From positions 1-38,895 of the IMG/VR virus record IMGVR_UViG_3300027974_000072: a stretch of DNA of 38,895 bases; one strand, 5' to 3'. The notes under the pieces are model-generated. The model ran no database searches, was not told where the DNA came from, and was given only the letters and a program-made list of their open reading frames with translations. Below are positions 23,964 to 33,888 of the stretch, in pieces (position 1 is the stretch's first letter; each line of letters begins with the position of its first letter). Source of the DNA: a virus (lineage: Duplodnaviria > Caudoviricetes). A program made the translations under genes and the position numbers.

Positions 23964-24361
23964 AGATTGAATTCTTTTAATTTTTCTTCTAAGTTTTCGT
24001 CTTCACGAATTCTATGTAAAACAATGTTATTTATTTCGCAAAATCTTTCTTTAAAATCATCTCTTTTTAATTGATTTAAAAAGTTATTTCTACTATCTTT
24101 GTGAAAATGTTTATTGTATTTATAGTGTTGAAGACCATCTACTTCTATGGCTATATTACATGAAGCATTGAAAAAGTCAAGAGTTAATCTTGATCCTGCT
24201 ACAGGAAATTCTTCATATACCATATCTGCTTCCCAATATTGTCGAAGCAAATCTTTTACTCTTTTTTGAACCTTTGATCTACAATTCGATTCCCAATTAA
24301 TGCGATATCGATTTGCTTTTACAATCTTAAGGTCACGCCCTTTTTCATTCTTGAAAATCAT
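23960..24361 (-). CDS. DUF559/Vsr-like PD-(D/E)XK endonuclease
   Basis: EEFP, LDFF, IAIEVDGLQH and RDDFKERFC motifs. Confidence 0.85.
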   Translation of the reverse strand: MIFKNEKGRDLKIVKANRYRINWESNCRSKVQKRVKDLLRQYWEADMVYEEFPVAGSRLTLDFFNASCNIAIEVDGLQHYKYNKHFHKDSRNNFLNQLKRDDFKERFCEINNIVLHRIREDENLEEKLKEFNL

Positions 24362-25434
24362 TTCATTTTATCAAAGATGTTTTCTTTACAGAACTTTTCA
24401 AGTTTTTCACAAAGAACCGGATCTTCTTCTAATAGATTATAAGTTTTAGTAATTCCTTGTGTCTTTAATTCTGAGCCAAGATAATTTGAAAGTTCTTCAT
24501 CAGAGTTTATCCAAGAACCCTTCTTCTCTAGAAAACCCCATTGAAGAAGGAGATCAATAATTTCATACTCCTTCCATACAGATGTTCCTCCTTTACGTCC
24601 ATGTTTAACGGGATAAGAAATGCTTACATCAGTTCTCTCTTTAAGACCTTTTGAAATTTTAATACGACAATAATGACCAAGAGTAGTATCTCCATCAAAA
24701 ATGGTAGCACCTTTTGTTCTTCCTAAGAAATTCCAAACCTGATTAGCTGCATGGACGGGTGCATTCGTTCCTCCTCCACCGACACTTGCGTTTTGATCTT
24801 TAGGAGCATATTGATTAGTATCAATTGTTGATCTAAGCTGATTAATCATGAAAAGACAGTGACCTTTTTTATTTAAGACGAGATTTGCTTTCTTAAACAT
24901 CAATGAGGTAAGAAGTCCAGCCGCGCCTACCTTTGCCGCTTCTTCTGCCTTTTTTGAAGCATCATCTCTTCTAATTAAGCAATCCATTGAATCGATTGCC
25001 ATAATGAATCGATGATCATCAACATTATTTTTTACAAGATCATTAATGATATCAATACTTGCTTCGAAAATATTCGTTTGAAAAACAAAGCAAGTTCCAA
25101 CTTCCCATTCTTTTGGATCATAAATAAATTTGATACCTGCCCTTTCTTTAACATCTTTATCCAAACGTCCTTCTGCATCAATCCAAAGACCCTTTGAATT
25201 TGGAACTGTTTCAAGTGCATTCTTGATACAATTAAGAATGCAATGAGTTTTTCCTGCAAAGGATGCTCCATTTATTTTATAAGCTCCCGGTTTATATCCT
25301 CCTCCCAATTCTGAATCAAATATCAAAGAACCTGTCGGACAGATCCAATGAATAGTGTCATGATAATTAAAGTGGTCAGATTCGTTCTTCTTTAAGAAGT
25401 TTTCTAATTGTTTTTTTGATGCATCTTCCTTCAT
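24358..25434 (-). CDS. recA: RecA/UvsX-like recombinase
   Basis: PTGSLIFDSELGGG, GASFAGKT, IDAE, IDS, INQLR, KKGSW. Confidence 0.85.
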   Translation of the reverse strand: MKEDASKKQLENFLKKNESDHFNYHDTIHWICPTGSLIFDSELGGGYKPGAYKINGASFAGKTHCILNCIKNALETVPNSKGLWIDAEGRLDKDVKERAGIKFIYDPKEWEVGTCFVFQTNIFEASIDIINDLVKNNVDDHRFIMAIDSMDCLIRRDDASKKAEEAAKVGAAGLLTSLMFKKANLVLNKKGHCLFMINQLRSTIDTNQYAPKDQNASVGGGGTNAPVHAANQVWNFLGRTKGATIFDGDTTLGHYCRIKISKGLKERTDVSISYPVKHGRKGGTSVWKEYEIIDLLLQWGFLEKKGSWINSDEELSNYLGSELKTQGITKTYNLLEEDPVLCEKLEKFCKENIFDKMK

Positions 25435-25769
25435 GATAAAAAGTTTCTTAATGATTTTTGTTTTGCTTTGCCGTTCCAATCTGGACCAATCTTTTCTTCT
25501 CCTTTAATGATTTCTTCTCTTTGTGGTTTATAGTTGAATTCATATAATTTCAACTGAAGATATTTCTTTCCATCTTTGGTAAGAAACCAAGCAAGAGAAT
25601 TCATTTCAAATGGAGCCTTTACTTTATTTAAAAAGTCAAGCGGCCATTCTTCAAATATCTTTTTCGCGAAATTTTGCTCTTTCCCGTATTGGACTTTTAT
25701 TCCAGCTTTTATCATTCGCGAGATAAAAGCTTTTCTTTCTTGAAAGAAGGTAGGAGCAGGTTTTGCCAT
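25431..25769 (-). CDS. Hypothetical protein with clamp-binding-like C-terminus
   Basis: 112 aa ending QKSLRNFLS; coupled to gmd and recA. Confidence 0.7.
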   Translation of the reverse strand: MAKPAPTFFQERKAFISRMIKAGIKVQYGKEQNFAKKIFEEWPLDFLNKVKAPFEMNSLAWFLTKDGKKYLQLKLYEFNYKPQREEIIKGEEKIGPDWNGKAKQKSLRNFLS

Positions 25770-26830
25770 TAGTCTGAACTATAATAGCAATCTATATCGT
25801 TGTCAACCATTTTTTTAACCAATTGTGAAAATGATGTTTTAGGATTCCATCCTAATTCTTTTCTTGCTGGAGTTGAATCTCCTAACAATATATCAACTTC
25901 TGCTGGTCTATAGAATGCTTGATTAATTTCTATAAGAACTTGACTTCGAATATCAGCAATATCTGCTACATAATTTGGAATAATATATCTAGAATTTTTA
26001 TCAAGACCGATCCAAACTCCTTCGATTTTTGCATGTTCAAAAGCTAAATCAATAAAATCTTTTATAGAATGGGTTTCATTTGAAGAAAGAACGTAATCCT
26101 TGGGATCGTCTTGATTTAACATTAACCAAACTCCTTCGACAAAATCTTCTGCATCACTCCAATCTCTTTCGGCAAATACATTACCAAGAGATAATGGTTG
26201 AAATGATTTTTTGTTTTTTATTGCATGATATATACGAGCAACTCCTTTAGTAATTTTACGAGTCACAAATTCTTCACCTCTTCTTACTCCTTCGTGATTA
26301 AAGAGAATGCCTTGAACAGCATACAAGTTATAAGATTCTCTATAGACTTTTACCAAGTGATGCGCGGCACATTTTGCAGCACCATATGGTGATCTTGGTT
26401 TAAATGGATGATTTATGTCTTGTGGGCAATAATCAATATTACCAAATTGCTCAGAAGAACCTGCGTTATAGTATTTACAATTATTACAATATTTATTGAT
26501 AGCCTCCAGTTGATATAAAACAGGAAGAGCATTAGTCATAAAATGATTCACTGGCATTTGCCAAGAATTGCCGACAAATGAATTAGCTGCAAAATTAATA
26601 AAGTAATCTGGTTTTTCTTTTTGGATTACCTTTTCTGTATTTACTTGATCGGTAACATCTAATTCAATTAATTTAAATCTTGGATTATTTTTTAAATGAG
26701 CGATATTCCTATGGTTAGGAACACTCAATCTACGAATAGCTCCTAATATAATAGCATCAGTATTTTTTAATAGAAAATCAACCATCAAGCTTCCATCTTG
26801 ACCAGTAATTCCTGTAACAATTATTTTCAT
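25769..26830 (-). CDS. gmd: GDP-mannose 4,6-dehydratase
   Basis: TGITGQDGS, PRSPYGAAK, GILFNHE, FVTRKIT, RDW, RPAEVDILLGD. Confidence 0.95.
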   Translation of the reverse strand: MKIIVTGITGQDGSLMVDFLLKNTDAIILGAIRRLSVPNHRNIAHLKNNPRFKLIELDVTDQVNTEKVIQKEKPDYFINFAANSFVGNSWQMPVNHFMTNALPVLYQLEAINKYCNNCKYYNAGSSEQFGNIDYCPQDINHPFKPRSPYGAAKCAAHHLVKVYRESYNLYAVQGILFNHEGVRRGEEFVTRKITKGVARIYHAIKNKKSFQPLSLGNVFAERDWSDAEDFVEGVWLMLNQDDPKDYVLSSNETHSIKDFIDLAFEHAKIEGVWIGLDKNSRYIIPNYVADIADIRSQVLIEINQAFYRPAEVDILLGDSTPARKELGWNPKTSFSQLVKKMVDNDIDCYYSSD

Positions 26831-26835
26831 TAAAA

Positions 26836-27372
26836 TTATTCTTTATGAAACATCCAAGAAGTAGCACTAACTGCTTGAAGTTTTTCTTTTGGAAAAAATT
26901 CATTTATAGCTTTTGAAACTCCCGGCCAATCAATATCGTGACCAGCAATGTATCCGCCTTTTTTAACTTTTGGAAACCAATGAATTAAGTCTTGTTTAAC
27001 TGCTTCGTAAGAATGATCCATATCAATAAATACAACATCACAAGATTCATCTTCAAAATCTTTAGACGCTTCAATAGAGTCCTTTCTTATTGGAGTAAAT
27101 TTTCTTTCACCCATATTTTCTAGAAAAATTTGATATACATCTTTTTCTTTAGCTAATTGATGTGAGGTTTCCATTTCTTCTTTAGAACCCTCCCAAGTAT
27201 CTACAATATAAACGTTAATTCTATCTTTTGCAAGATCACATAAATATGAAGAACTTTTACCCAACCAAGCTCCCCCTTCAACAAAAATTCCATTATCTGG
27301 AATTGTATTTACTAATGTTTCTAATAGATCCTCATAATTAAACCAACCGTCTATTTCATTTGTATTTTTCAT
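26836..27372 (-). CDS. Class I SAM methyltransferase (Methyltransf_24-like)
   Basis: VEGGAWLGKSS, VDTW, VFIDMDHSYE, GGYIAGHD. Confidence 0.9.
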   Translation of the reverse strand: MKNTNEIDGWFNYEDLLETLVNTIPDNGIFVEGGAWLGKSSSYLCDLAKDRINVYIVDTWEGSKEEMETSHQLAKEKDVYQIFLENMGERKFTPIRKDSIEASKDFEDESCDVVFIDMDHSYEAVKQDLIHWFPKVKKGGYIAGHDIDWPGVSKAINEFFPKEKLQAVSATSWMFHKE

Positions 27373-27399
27373 ATAAATTAAGATTTGTAAATATTGATT

Positions 27400-27999
27400 T
27401 TATTCAAAAAAGTTTGCTTTGCGGGAAAAAATATAATACCATGTGTATTCAAAAATTCTACTAGAAACATAATTTTCTAATTCAGTTTTTTTACACCAAT
27501 CAAATAGTTGTTGCCAAAACTCTATAGGATATTGAATAATACATGATTTATGAATTGCAAATTGAGCGCATTGTGGAAAAGATAATGAATTTGGCAATGG
27601 CAAAACTTCTCCAATTAAATCTTTCCAATTTTCTTCTAACCAAGAAAACTTTACATCCCACTGTTCGACTCCTCTATTAAGAGTATAATTAGATTTATTA
27701 TTTAAATCAATAATAGGTTTATCTAATTTAACATTATTAATCAAATTAACTATATTATCACTTTGATGTGCTGCTATAAAATGGCCATGAACAAATATAC
27801 TATATTCTGGCAAGTTATTATAGTTTTCAATAATATATTTTAAATAAGCAGGAACTTCTTGAACTTTATTAAAATCAATAAAGTTTTGATCTTTAATTGT
27901 TTTTGAGTAAACTTTAACAGGATATTTAACTGAATTTACCCAACTCAAATCTTCTTGATAATGAGAGGATGCGACAACTACGTTATTATTTTTGTGCAT
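27400..27999 (-). CDS. DUF3431-like protein
   Basis: EDLSWV, EVPAYLKYIIENYNNLP..IFVHGH, CAQFAI, IFEYTW. Confidence 0.75.
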   Translation of the reverse strand: MHKNNNVVVASSHYQEDLSWVNSVKYPVKVYSKTIKDQNFIDFNKVQEVPAYLKYIIENYNNLPEYSIFVHGHFIAAHQSDNIVNLINNVKLDKPIIDLNNKSNYTLNRGVEQWDVKFSWLEENWKDLIGEVLPLPNSLSFPQCAQFAIHKSCIIQYPIEFWQQLFDWCKKTELENYVSSRIFEYTWYYIFSRKANFFE

Positions 28000-28091
28000 C
28001 TTTTTAATTTTTAAATTAAGCGTCTATGAATTCCCACTAATGGGGTTGCATTATAAAATGTCTTAAATATATTTAGATTGCTTATTTACTA

Positions 28092-28844
28092 TTACACATT
28101 TTTAAGTATAGCAATAAGTTTTCTACATTCTTTTGGCGGAATATCGTCAAAATCTTTCCAATTTTTTACTTCTGCATTTTTGTAAACATCATCTTTCCAC
28201 AATTTTCTTAATACTTCTTGAAATTCTTCAAAAGTATTTATTCTTACATTATTTTGAAGAACGCTTAACAAAGTATCAGATGGGCTAATTCCATATTTTG
28301 GTTCTACTTGAATAGCTGGCTTTCCATCTCCTCTTGCTAACTCGTCATGACCAACAATGTGAATATTTAAGAAATTGCGAACGCATCTAACAAAAGCCCT
28401 GTTAGCAGCAATGGATTCAAGAAACTTTTGACCAAAAGAATCTGTATTTTCTACAGACGCAGATGCGACATCTTCAAATGTAACTTCTTCAAATTCTGTT
28501 TCGTAGTTCTTAATGAACCTAATTTTACAAGAAACAATTGGGTGATACTGAAATCCACTAACATTATAGCTTACATTGTTTATTCCCCTGAGTTTTGCTA
28601 ATTCTTTAATTCCAGAAAGTTTAATGATTAGTTTGCTGTCATCTAAACCTTCAACAGATGTTGGAACTTGTCCATCTGCAAATCTTTCTTTATTCACATA
28701 AAGATGATCATTGCTAATCATCTTTCTCCAATCAACGCTACCATCTTCGTTGAAGTGATATTGAATATTTGTCAATAGTCCATTGGAATCTCTTTTATAA
28801 AGATCCGGTCCAGATGAATTGTTTGTGCTTGATTTATTAGCCAT
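28092..28844 (-). CDS. Putative Rad52/Sak-like single-strand annealing protein
   Basis: GIKELAKLRG...ASASVEN...SIAANRAFVRCVRNFLNI...DEL pattern. Confidence 0.5.
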   Translation of the reverse strand: MANKSSTNNSSGPDLYKRDSNGLLTNIQYHFNEDGSVDWRKMISNDHLYVNKERFADGQVPTSVEGLDDSKLIIKLSGIKELAKLRGINNVSYNVSGFQYHPIVSCKIRFIKNYETEFEEVTFEDVASASVENTDSFGQKFLESIAANRAFVRCVRNFLNIHIVGHDELARGDGKPAIQVEPKYGISPSDTLLSVLQNNVRINTFEEFQEVLRKLWKDDVYKNAEVKNWKDFDDIPPKECRKLIAILKNV

Positions 28845-28846
28845 GA

Positions 28847-29974
28847 TCACTCATTATAGATCATAAAGTGGTCAAAGTCAAGCCAAAATTTCAAATCATT
28901 TATATCTTCTCCTAATGTCTTAAACCTCTCTTCGCCATGAATATAAATTCTGCCAGTTTTAATTTTAAACTCTGCATTTAATAAACGATAATTTTGTTCT
29001 TTTGATTTTAATGCTTCTTCTTGAGGATTGAAATAATTAACGTCATGATCAAAGAAATTTAATCGTTGATCATCTAACGTTTCTATAGATGTGCAAAATA
29101 GATTTGTGTTAAAAACATTTGATTTTAAAAATTCAACAAAATCTTTATTAAATTCATTTGAATAATAATTAATATTATTTATTCTTGATTTAAATGAAAT
29201 TAAATAATTAATGTTTTCAATAGGCTTTGAACAAATAATGTTAACATTACATTTGTTATTCATTAAAAATGAGAATAAAAATTTCTCATCATGTATCATA
29301 TCTAGTCTAATATTAATGTCGGCATTATCAACATCAACAGTGGGAATGGAATCGTTTGGTATTAAGTTTATTTCTTTATTTAAGAACTTACTACCAATAT
29401 TTAGTGTTTTATAAGTAAGTGTTTGATTTATTTCCAATAGATCAAGGACTGCTTGAGCTATCTTTTCTGGTTTAATTAAATTGATTGTTTTAGAATCTTC
29501 GAATAAAGAAAAGGATGGTTTTTTACCAGCCCTATCTGATTCTATAACTCTTTTATTTTCATTCCACAATGGGCAACAGGTATTGGAGTGAGTATGCGAA
29601 TAAATACTTACAGTAGGCTTGTTAAAAGCAGAGGCAATATGAACAGGGCTTGAGTCAATGCCAAGATGGAGCATTGCATTCTTTATTAAGAAGAAGGACT
29701 GTTTGAAGGACGTATTAGTTATATAGTAGTCTACCCCGTCTACCTTTTTATCTTTTTGTTCTCCTATTTGAACAACTTTAATATTTAAAGTATTTAAATA
29801 TGGTTTAATAATTTCTAAAACTTCTGTCCAATAAGAATAAGATTTAGATTGAACTTTTTCAGAGTTGTGAAATGTAATATAATTAGCACAAGGCAATGGA
29901 AAAAAATGTTCAACAATAATAGGATTAGATGGATGAACTCCCAAATCGCGAGCGTATAATGTAGATAGGTGCAT
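28847..29974 (-). CDS. GT9 (heptosyltransferase-like) C-terminal Rossmann domain plus extra domain
   Basis: SKSYSYW, VVQIG, LHLGIDSSPVHIASAFNKPTVSIY. Confidence 0.8.
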   Translation of the reverse strand: MHLSTLYARDLGVHPSNPIIVEHFFPLPCANYITFHNSEKVQSKSYSYWTEVLEIIKPYLNTLNIKVVQIGEQKDKKVDGVDYYITNTSFKQSFFLIKNAMLHLGIDSSPVHIASAFNKPTVSIYSHTHSNTCCPLWNENKRVIESDRAGKKPSFSLFEDSKTINLIKPEKIAQAVLDLLEINQTLTYKTLNIGSKFLNKEINLIPNDSIPTVDVDNADINIRLDMIHDEKFLFSFLMNNKCNVNIICSKPIENINYLISFKSRINNINYYSNEFNKDFVEFLKSNVFNTNLFCTSIETLDDQRLNFFDHDVNYFNPQEEALKSKEQNYRLLNAEFKIKTGRIYIHGEERFKTLGEDINDLKFWLDFDHFMIYNE

Positions 29975-29975
29975 A

Positions 29976-31886
29976 TTAAATATTGAATGCGTTTTTGTCT
30001 TTTCCGTTATGTAAATAGTTTAAAAATCTTTGACTACCAACATGCGGTAGAAATGCTATTTCAAAAAATCCATCGTGTTCTCCTATTCCTTCTAAGAAGA
30101 GTAGATTATCGAGTCCATCTCTAAATGGTAATAATTTATGAATAAACGGATTATCGTCAATCATACAAAAGAATTCTGGCTTAGTAAATAAATAAATATT
30201 GTATTCTGGGTATAGTTCTTTTAAACCTTTTAAAAGCCCGTTTACGATCAAAACGTCACCAGCAGATTCTGGAATAACAACAGCTATTCTTTTTCCTTTA
30301 TCTTCTTTATCTAGAAGATCTTCAAGAGAAGTGTTTTTTGATCTAATTTCATTATTCCGGTTAAAAGCGTGTTGCTTTAAATAATGTAAAACCCTTTCCC
30401 TACCTTCATTTTTAACTAATTTTAGATTTTCTATAATATCGAATTCGTTTCTTTTAAACTTCTTTCCAAATATACCATAAAAACAATCAATTAACCAATC
30501 TTCGTCTTGTTCTAAGGAATCATCTGGAGCATAATCCACATTTGCAAATTTTTCATTAAAATCAAAATCCCAACTGCATTTAGGAAATTCAAATGAAATT
30601 TCTTTAATTCTATTACAAATCTTTTCAATTGAAAAATTATCATTAACATGTTTTATTCCATTATAAATTAATCTTTCTTTTTGAGATTCTGGAAGCTTAA
30701 CAAAAGATAATAATGTATCAGAAATTGATTTAGGATCTGTTGTTGCTTTAATAAAATTTGTAAACGGTTCTCTATATTCGTGCCAAGACAAAGGTAAGCC
30801 TCCCTGTATCGGATAGCAAGAATCTGTTCCGCAAGAATACTCTGTAACTAATGTTACTAATCCAGCAGCCTTTGCTTCTTGGATAGGAAGTTCCTGTCCT
30901 CCGCTTGTAAACGGGTGACAATAAACATCCATCATATTATAAATTTCATTTAATTGATGTTCCGACACTCCACCGTTAGAACTTTTTGTGCTAAATGATT
31001 TCTCTGATTTGCAAAATGGACAGTTCAAATTATTACCTTGATATGGTATAACTGTATAGTTATTACATTTTGTGCAAATATAAGTTGTTAAAACATCGTT
31101 TATATCAACATCAAATTCTTTTATGTAAGACTCTATGTCCCAAGTATTTCCGTTCTTTTCCCATTCTGTATGAAAAAGTAATTTTGGCTTTAAATTTGCT
31201 GGACATTGTTTTTTAAACAATTTAAATCCTTGTAGTAAATTTGGAACAGATTTTCTTAATTGATTTTTAAATACAAAACCAATGATAAAATCTTTATCTG
31301 ATATATTGTGAAAATTACGAAGAGCCTTTTTGTCTTCTGCTGGTAATGGTTTAAAGGCGGAATAATCAATAGCTCCATGTAAAGTTTCTACATCAAACCC
31401 TTCTTTTTCCATTTCTTCTTTTGCAAAGTTTGCCCAAACTAAAAACTTATCACTTTTTGAATGTAAAATCTTAGCCTGTTCAAGAATCGGTAAAGAGTCA
31501 ACAGTAATCCAAGAAACAAATGGAACGTTGCCGTGCCAAGGTTTTTTTGCAATATCAAATGCCCAAATATCTTCAATACCAAAAATAACATCTGGTTTAA
31601 CCTCTTCGACAATTTTGTCGATCATATAATTTCCATAATAAGCAAGTCTTTTCTTAAATTCATCGTTTCCAATTTCATTTAAGATATTTTGGTCAACAGG
31701 ATGAGTTCCGAAAGACTTCCAAGGAGTTTTAATATCCTTGTTATAAGGAAGTCCATTTGCGGCTTCATAAACTTCTATATCAGGATCTTTATGTAAAGTC
31801 CTTAGAAGATTTCTCATATTTGCCCCAAATCCAGTTTTATAACAACTAGCATTTGACCAAAATAGTATTTTTCTTTTCTCGCTCAT
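29976..31886 (-). CDS. GT4 (GT-B) glycosyltransferase with Zn-ribbon insert and C-terminal GT9 N-domain
   Basis: TGFG, NQLRKS, CTKC/CPFC, GGQELPIQEAKAAG (Ex7E); C-terminal SAGDVL...LKELYPEYNIYLFT. Confidence 0.85.
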   Translation of the reverse strand: MSEKRKILFWSNASCYKTGFGANMRNLLRTLHKDPDIEVYEAANGLPYNKDIKTPWKSFGTHPVDQNILNEIGNDEFKKRLAYYGNYMIDKIVEEVKPDVIFGIEDIWAFDIAKKPWHGNVPFVSWITVDSLPILEQAKILHSKSDKFLVWANFAKEEMEKEGFDVETLHGAIDYSAFKPLPAEDKKALRNFHNISDKDFIIGFVFKNQLRKSVPNLLQGFKLFKKQCPANLKPKLLFHTEWEKNGNTWDIESYIKEFDVDINDVLTTYICTKCNNYTVIPYQGNNLNCPFCKSEKSFSTKSSNGGVSEHQLNEIYNMMDVYCHPFTSGGQELPIQEAKAAGLVTLVTEYSCGTDSCYPIQGGLPLSWHEYREPFTNFIKATTDPKSISDTLLSFVKLPESQKERLIYNGIKHVNDNFSIEKICNRIKEISFEFPKCSWDFDFNEKFANVDYAPDDSLEQDEDWLIDCFYGIFGKKFKRNEFDIIENLKLVKNEGRERVLHYLKQHAFNRNNEIRSKNTSLEDLLDKEDKGKRIAVVIPESAGDVLIVNGLLKGLKELYPEYNIYLFTKPEFFCMIDDNPFIHKLLPFRDGLDNLLFLEGIGEHDGFFEIAFLPHVGSQRFLNYLHNGKDKNAFNI

Positions 31887-32452
31887 TAGAATGGAATATC
31901 TTGACTAGCAACTACGTCATCATCAGTTTTTGTTTGTTTATTTTGAGTTTGATTCTTTCTATTTGACTCCTCTTCTTTCAATGCTAAAGAGGCGTGTTCC
32001 TTTATGAAATGCTCAAGTAAAACGCTAAGAACTTCAGCTTCGCCGGGAGTAATTGGAATTTTATATTCAACATTATTTGATTTAACAGAAAGTCCAAAAC
32101 AAGTAACTTCAAAATCATTATTATTTACTTTTCTTTTCCAATTATATGGAGACAGGGAAAAAGAAGTTGAACCTTTGCTTGAGGTATGAAAAGAAGAAAA
32201 GGGAACCTTATTTTTGAAGGTGTTAATAAATTCTCCAGCTTCTGATACGTTTAAGGTTATAAACTTTCTAGATTCCTTATCAAACGTTCCAGTATGCTTT
32301 TCTGAATTCCAAGTATTTTGCTTAAGTAGTTCAATAAATAAAGAAGAGGTCCAAGAAGATTCGGAGTCATCTCCCTTCTTTTGCTTTTTTACTCTAAATG
32401 TAGCGAGACCGCCATTAATGTTTTTATTTGGCTTATAAATAGTGTAAATCAT
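31886..32452 (-). CDS. Putative single-stranded DNA-binding protein (non-canonical fold) with DIPF tail
   Basis: Beta-rich body, Q/N-rich linker, acidic end DDDVVASQDIPF. Confidence 0.6.
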   Translation of the reverse strand: MIYTIYKPNKNINGGLATFRVKKQKKGDDSESSWTSSLFIELLKQNTWNSEKHTGTFDKESRKFITLNVSEAGEFINTFKNKVPFSSFHTSSKGSTSFSLSPYNWKRKVNNNDFEVTCFGLSVKSNNVEYKIPITPGEAEVLSVLLEHFIKEHASLALKEEESNRKNQTQNKQTKTDDDVVASQDIPF

Positions 32453-32497
32453 GGTGTATACCTTTACCTAATATAGAAGTTTGCACATTTTTTTCAA

Positions 32498-33610
32498 ATG
32501 AAAAATAAAATTCAACCAGCACAATATAAACCTTATGATTTAATTAGTGAAACTGGTAATATTTCAATCGATTCTGGTTTAGATTATTTTAATCTAAATC
32601 TATCAGAAGAAATTGCAGGAGATTTTGATATTGCTGGAACATTAAAAGTTAATTCATTTAATGTATTAAGTCCAGATGATTCAAACATACTTTCTGACAC
32701 ATCTTTTTCAAATGGATGTAGAATCCTTGCTGGTTTTGACAATATTATTAGTGGAAATAATAATTGTATTGTTTTTGGTTCTAATAGTGTTGTGTCTGGA
32801 ATTGGAAATGCTTTATTATTTGGTAATTCTGTAAATTTAGACGCACAAAATTCTGTAGCAATTGGAAGTTATATAACAATAAATCATAATGGAGCCGCAG
32901 TATTTGCAGACTCAACATCTAATCCAAAAGTTAGTTATGCTACAAATTCTATAAATATAGAATATGCAGGAGGTGCATTTATTAGGAGTAAAACTCATTT
33001 TTCTGAAGATGTATTTTCTGATTCAAATTTGACAATTACTGGAGCTATCTCTGGATTATCTCTAACCATAGGAAATAATGCAAGATTTTTATCAAACGTA
33101 AATATTCAAAATAATGCAATAGTTTCTGGAACTTTTTCTGTTACTGGTTCGGCAACAGTAAAGGGAACAACAAATTTAGAATCAACATTTATAACAGGTC
33201 TTAGAGCTTTAACTACTTTTGATATGAGCGTATATAGCGGATACGCTGCATCTAACTTCACAACAAAAGCTCAATTCACAGCTTTTACTGGAGAAACTAG
33301 AACTGGTATTAATTTATTAAATACAGGTAAGTTATCTATTTCAGCTTTTAATACATATACAGGTTCTACTCTTTCTTCCCAAGCCGTTAGATTAACAGGA
33401 AATCAAAACGTATCTGGAAGAAAATCTTTTAAAGATATAACTGAATTTTGTAATGGATTAAAGTTTTTAGCTCAAAACAATTGCGATAGATATATTCCAC
33501 CAACTTCAACTTCTACTGGCGAATTTGGTCACATGGCATATAGTGGAAGATTTTTATATGTTGCAACAGGAACAAATCAATGGGGCAGAGTTCAATTATC
33601 TACTTGGTAA
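32498..33610 (+). CDS. Tail fibre-like virion protein
   Basis: G/N/S beta repeats, VRLTGNQNVSGRKSF fibre motif, C-terminal PPTSTSTG...YVATGTNQWGRV. Confidence 0.75.
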   Translation: MKNKIQPAQYKPYDLISETGNISIDSGLDYFNLNLSEEIAGDFDIAGTLKVNSFNVLSPDDSNILSDTSFSNGCRILAGFDNIISGNNNCIVFGSNSVVSGIGNALLFGNSVNLDAQNSVAIGSYITINHNGAAVFADSTSNPKVSYATNSINIEYAGGAFIRSKTHFSEDVFSDSNLTITGAISGLSLTIGNNARFLSNVNIQNNAIVSGTFSVTGSATVKGTTNLESTFITGLRALTTFDMSVYSGYAASNFTTKAQFTAFTGETRTGINLLNTGKLSISAFNTYTGSTLSSQAVRLTGNQNVSGRKSFKDITEFCNGLKFLAQNNCDRYIPPTSTSTGEFGHMAYSGRFLYVATGTNQWGRVQLSTW

Positions 33611-33888
33611 TGATTTTTTAACTGAACAAGTGTCATTGAAATTAAATCTCCAAACCAAGAAACGATCCCAGAGATAAAAGGAATCATCCACCAAGTCATT
33701 TCTTTATAAAGAAGGGGGATTGACAATATGCCAACCCAAGTTCCAATGCATAAACCACATTGAAACAATTCTTCTCCCCATTTCCATTTTTGGAAAAAAG
33801 TTCTAATAAATTTCGTTGGCGCACCATACTTTAATATAAAAGTTGCGCCAATAAAATATAATATTATTTCAATAAAACTCGATTGCAT
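33592..33888 (-). CDS. DUF1360-like membrane protein
   Basis: Hydrophobic helices with ELFQCGLCIGTWVG (CxxCxxxW). Confidence 0.65.
   Translation of the reverse strand: MQSSFIEIILYFIGATFILKYGAPTKFIRTFFQKWKWGEELFQCGLCIGTWVGILSIPLLYKEMTWWMIPFISGIVSWFGDLISMTLVQLKNHYQVDN

Noticed and set aside
28000-28091. tRNA or terminator in the gap before the DUF3431-like gene
   Set aside because: Only a weak short stem (CCCA-ctaa-TGGG); no cloverleaf or U-tract.
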